DNA of 64,000 bases from Sarea resinae. Lineage: Eukaryota. Both the position numbers and the translations under genes were made by a program. The stretch spans positions 434,001 to 498,000 of the forward strand of contig JAPEUD010000004.1 in the NCBI GenBank assembly GCA_026026165.1, read 5' to 3'. Position 1 is the stretch's first letter; the number at the start of each line of letters is the position of its first letter. A model generated the notes under the pieces. That model was not told where the DNA came from. It saw only the letters and a list, made by a program, of their open reading frames with translations, and searched no databases. Positions 62,209-64,000 of the stretch are shown here, one piece after another.

Positions 62209-64000
62209 ATGGGGGATCCGAATGACAGTGATGACAAGGCCTTAGCACCACTTGGTCATCACGTCCCGGGGACGGTCTCGAAAAGCTCTGGAAGTGGTCT
62301 ACTGCCGGCGCCTATCGCAACCCTCGTGAGCTTCGCCGCCAAATCTTCTTCAATCTACATTCGTGCCGGCACTTTCATCGGCGGTCTCGCCCTCGACGGC
62401 GCACGCGTTTCAACCTTGACCGGACTGGAGGTCAGCCGTGCCGTCGTCGAAGGTGTCCTGTCAAGAGCTGGCCGTGATGTTGCCAGTCGCAGTACGGGAC
62501 CGTTGGGCAAGGAGGAAGCGGAGGGGTTGTTGGAGCGCAGCGTAAGTTGAAGAGCCTATCAACTCTCGAGCCGCCCAGGGCTGACATCAATCATCGATAG
62601 ATTGCAGCACTTCACACTACCATTACATCAGCATCCTTCCTCGCGTCAACCGGGTTCCACCTATCACTGAGCACCTTGACGTCCGCCTCGGCGCTGTCGC
62701 AACAATTACTGGCTACGATGGATGCAATATTGGGAGACACAGAGACTTCTAGAGCTATCGCGGCTATTATAACTCTAATCCGACGAGAGTTCAAGAATCC
62801 GGAGACAGGAGCCAATGGAGAGCGTATCGGGATGGGAGATCTCGTTGTTGGGCTGAGTGCCTTCGCACTACTTCAGAGGTGGAGTAAAAAGCATACGGAA
62901 AAGGTGGCCCGAGAACAGGGAGCGGAGGATATAGTCTGGGATGTGGTGGTCCTCAACAATGGGAGAAGAGCGGACGTACCGGGTGGAGAAGAAGATCTTG
63001 CAGACACTCCTAGAGGATTAGAAGATTCGAGCAAAATCAAAGGTGGCTTGGAGTATATCCGGGAAATACGTCCCTCATCGTCGGGCTCTATCCATGGAAG
63101 TACTGCGTTGTCCATGACCGGAATGGACGGAAGTGACTGGCCAGAGACCGACCTGCGACATCGCATAATGGAGCAACTCCCTGAGGATGCCCGTGTCACC
63201 ATTGACACGGAGACAGTAACAACGAAGACCATCACCATCGATATCAGCGGATCAGAACTTCCACACATCTTGCCGCCGCCCGGAGTAACCATAGTGGAGG
63301 AGAGCTTTCAGCCTGAAAGAGAAACCGAAGCCGATGGACCCGACAGAAATGGTACAGTATCGAAATTGACCCCTCACTACAGAGTGGTTTTTAAAACCAC
63401 TCATAACAACCAGCGAAGCGCAAGCATTGAACGTCCAATGTCTTCTCGCAAAGAAGACCTCATCACAAATGAAGGCCAAGGAGACGAACTCGAACGGGAT
63501 GCGGGCGATAGTACTCCCTCAGTCTTTGAGCCATTCAGCGGAACATCGGAGCCTCCCACGATCATTTCTGCCCAAGACAATGACTCGGCAGATTATCCAG
63601 TCACTGGGATGGAAGAACAGTATCCCACAGCTGAAGCTGATACCGATACGACCCCTTCAAAGATCCCTGTCAAGAGGACACAAAAGGCCGGAGACCTGCA
63701 GAATAATGCGGCCAACCAGAAACGGCAGAGAAAACCGCTTGGGCCATCATCCCAGACTAACATGCCAGCAAAGAGCTCGGTCGATACCAAATCATCTTCT
63801 TCGAAGGGTACAGCGAACGCCAAACCAAATCCTTCGGACAAGAACGAGAAAAAGGGGTCTATTCGTCGTGCGTTAAAAAAGGGAGCCTCAAACACAAGTC
63901 TCGCAAACCTCTGGGGGAAAGAGGATTCGACAGTTTCACCCTCAGGCCTCAAGGATACGAAATCACCGCGCCCGCCTTGGGGTTATAATAGAGCAGCTGC
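62209..64000 (+). CDS. Large fungal class-3 lipase / DAG-lipase-like protein, N-terminal part (runs off window)
   Basis: LLPAPIATLVS...GARVSTLTGLEVSRA...|...ILGDTETSRAIAAIITLIRREF, the N-terminus recalled from fungal Lipase_3 proteins. The catalytic domain is not inside the window. Confidence 0.7.

Overview
Gene-dense window from a filamentous ascomycete (Pezizomycotina). It has short spliceosomal GT..AG introns with CTRAC-like branch sites and a RIP-like TpA-rich island. About 21 protein-coding genes can be rebuilt by hand-splicing: a DUF262 (GmrSD/ParB-like) protein running off the left edge, IPI1, dynein roadblock light chain, a ~1030-aa conserved hypothetical protein, an APH-family phosphotransferase, a peroxisomal (SKL) Prx5-type peroxiredoxin, an ankyrin-BTB protein, NimA kinase, RPS30, a CREG-like protein, cryptochrome-DASH, POP1, a head-to-head secreted GH127 + DUF5695 pair, DJ-1/PfpI, a mitochondrial hot-dog thioesterase, a TRI12-like MFS transporter, NAA50-like GNAT, GNA1, an RGS/TM protein carrying one in-frame TAA, a UVI-1-like secreted protein, and a class-3 lipase-like gene running off the right edge. 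About 41-48 kb is an accessory-looking region with decayed ORFs and orphan candidates. The best leads are the divergent GH127/DUF5695 pair with clustered CreA-type sites, the intron-split DUF262 gene next to the RIP island, the single premature stop in the RGS gene, and an orphan with a duplicated, synonymously diverged peptide motif. No database searches were run. Family calls come from recalled motifs and splice models are manual.
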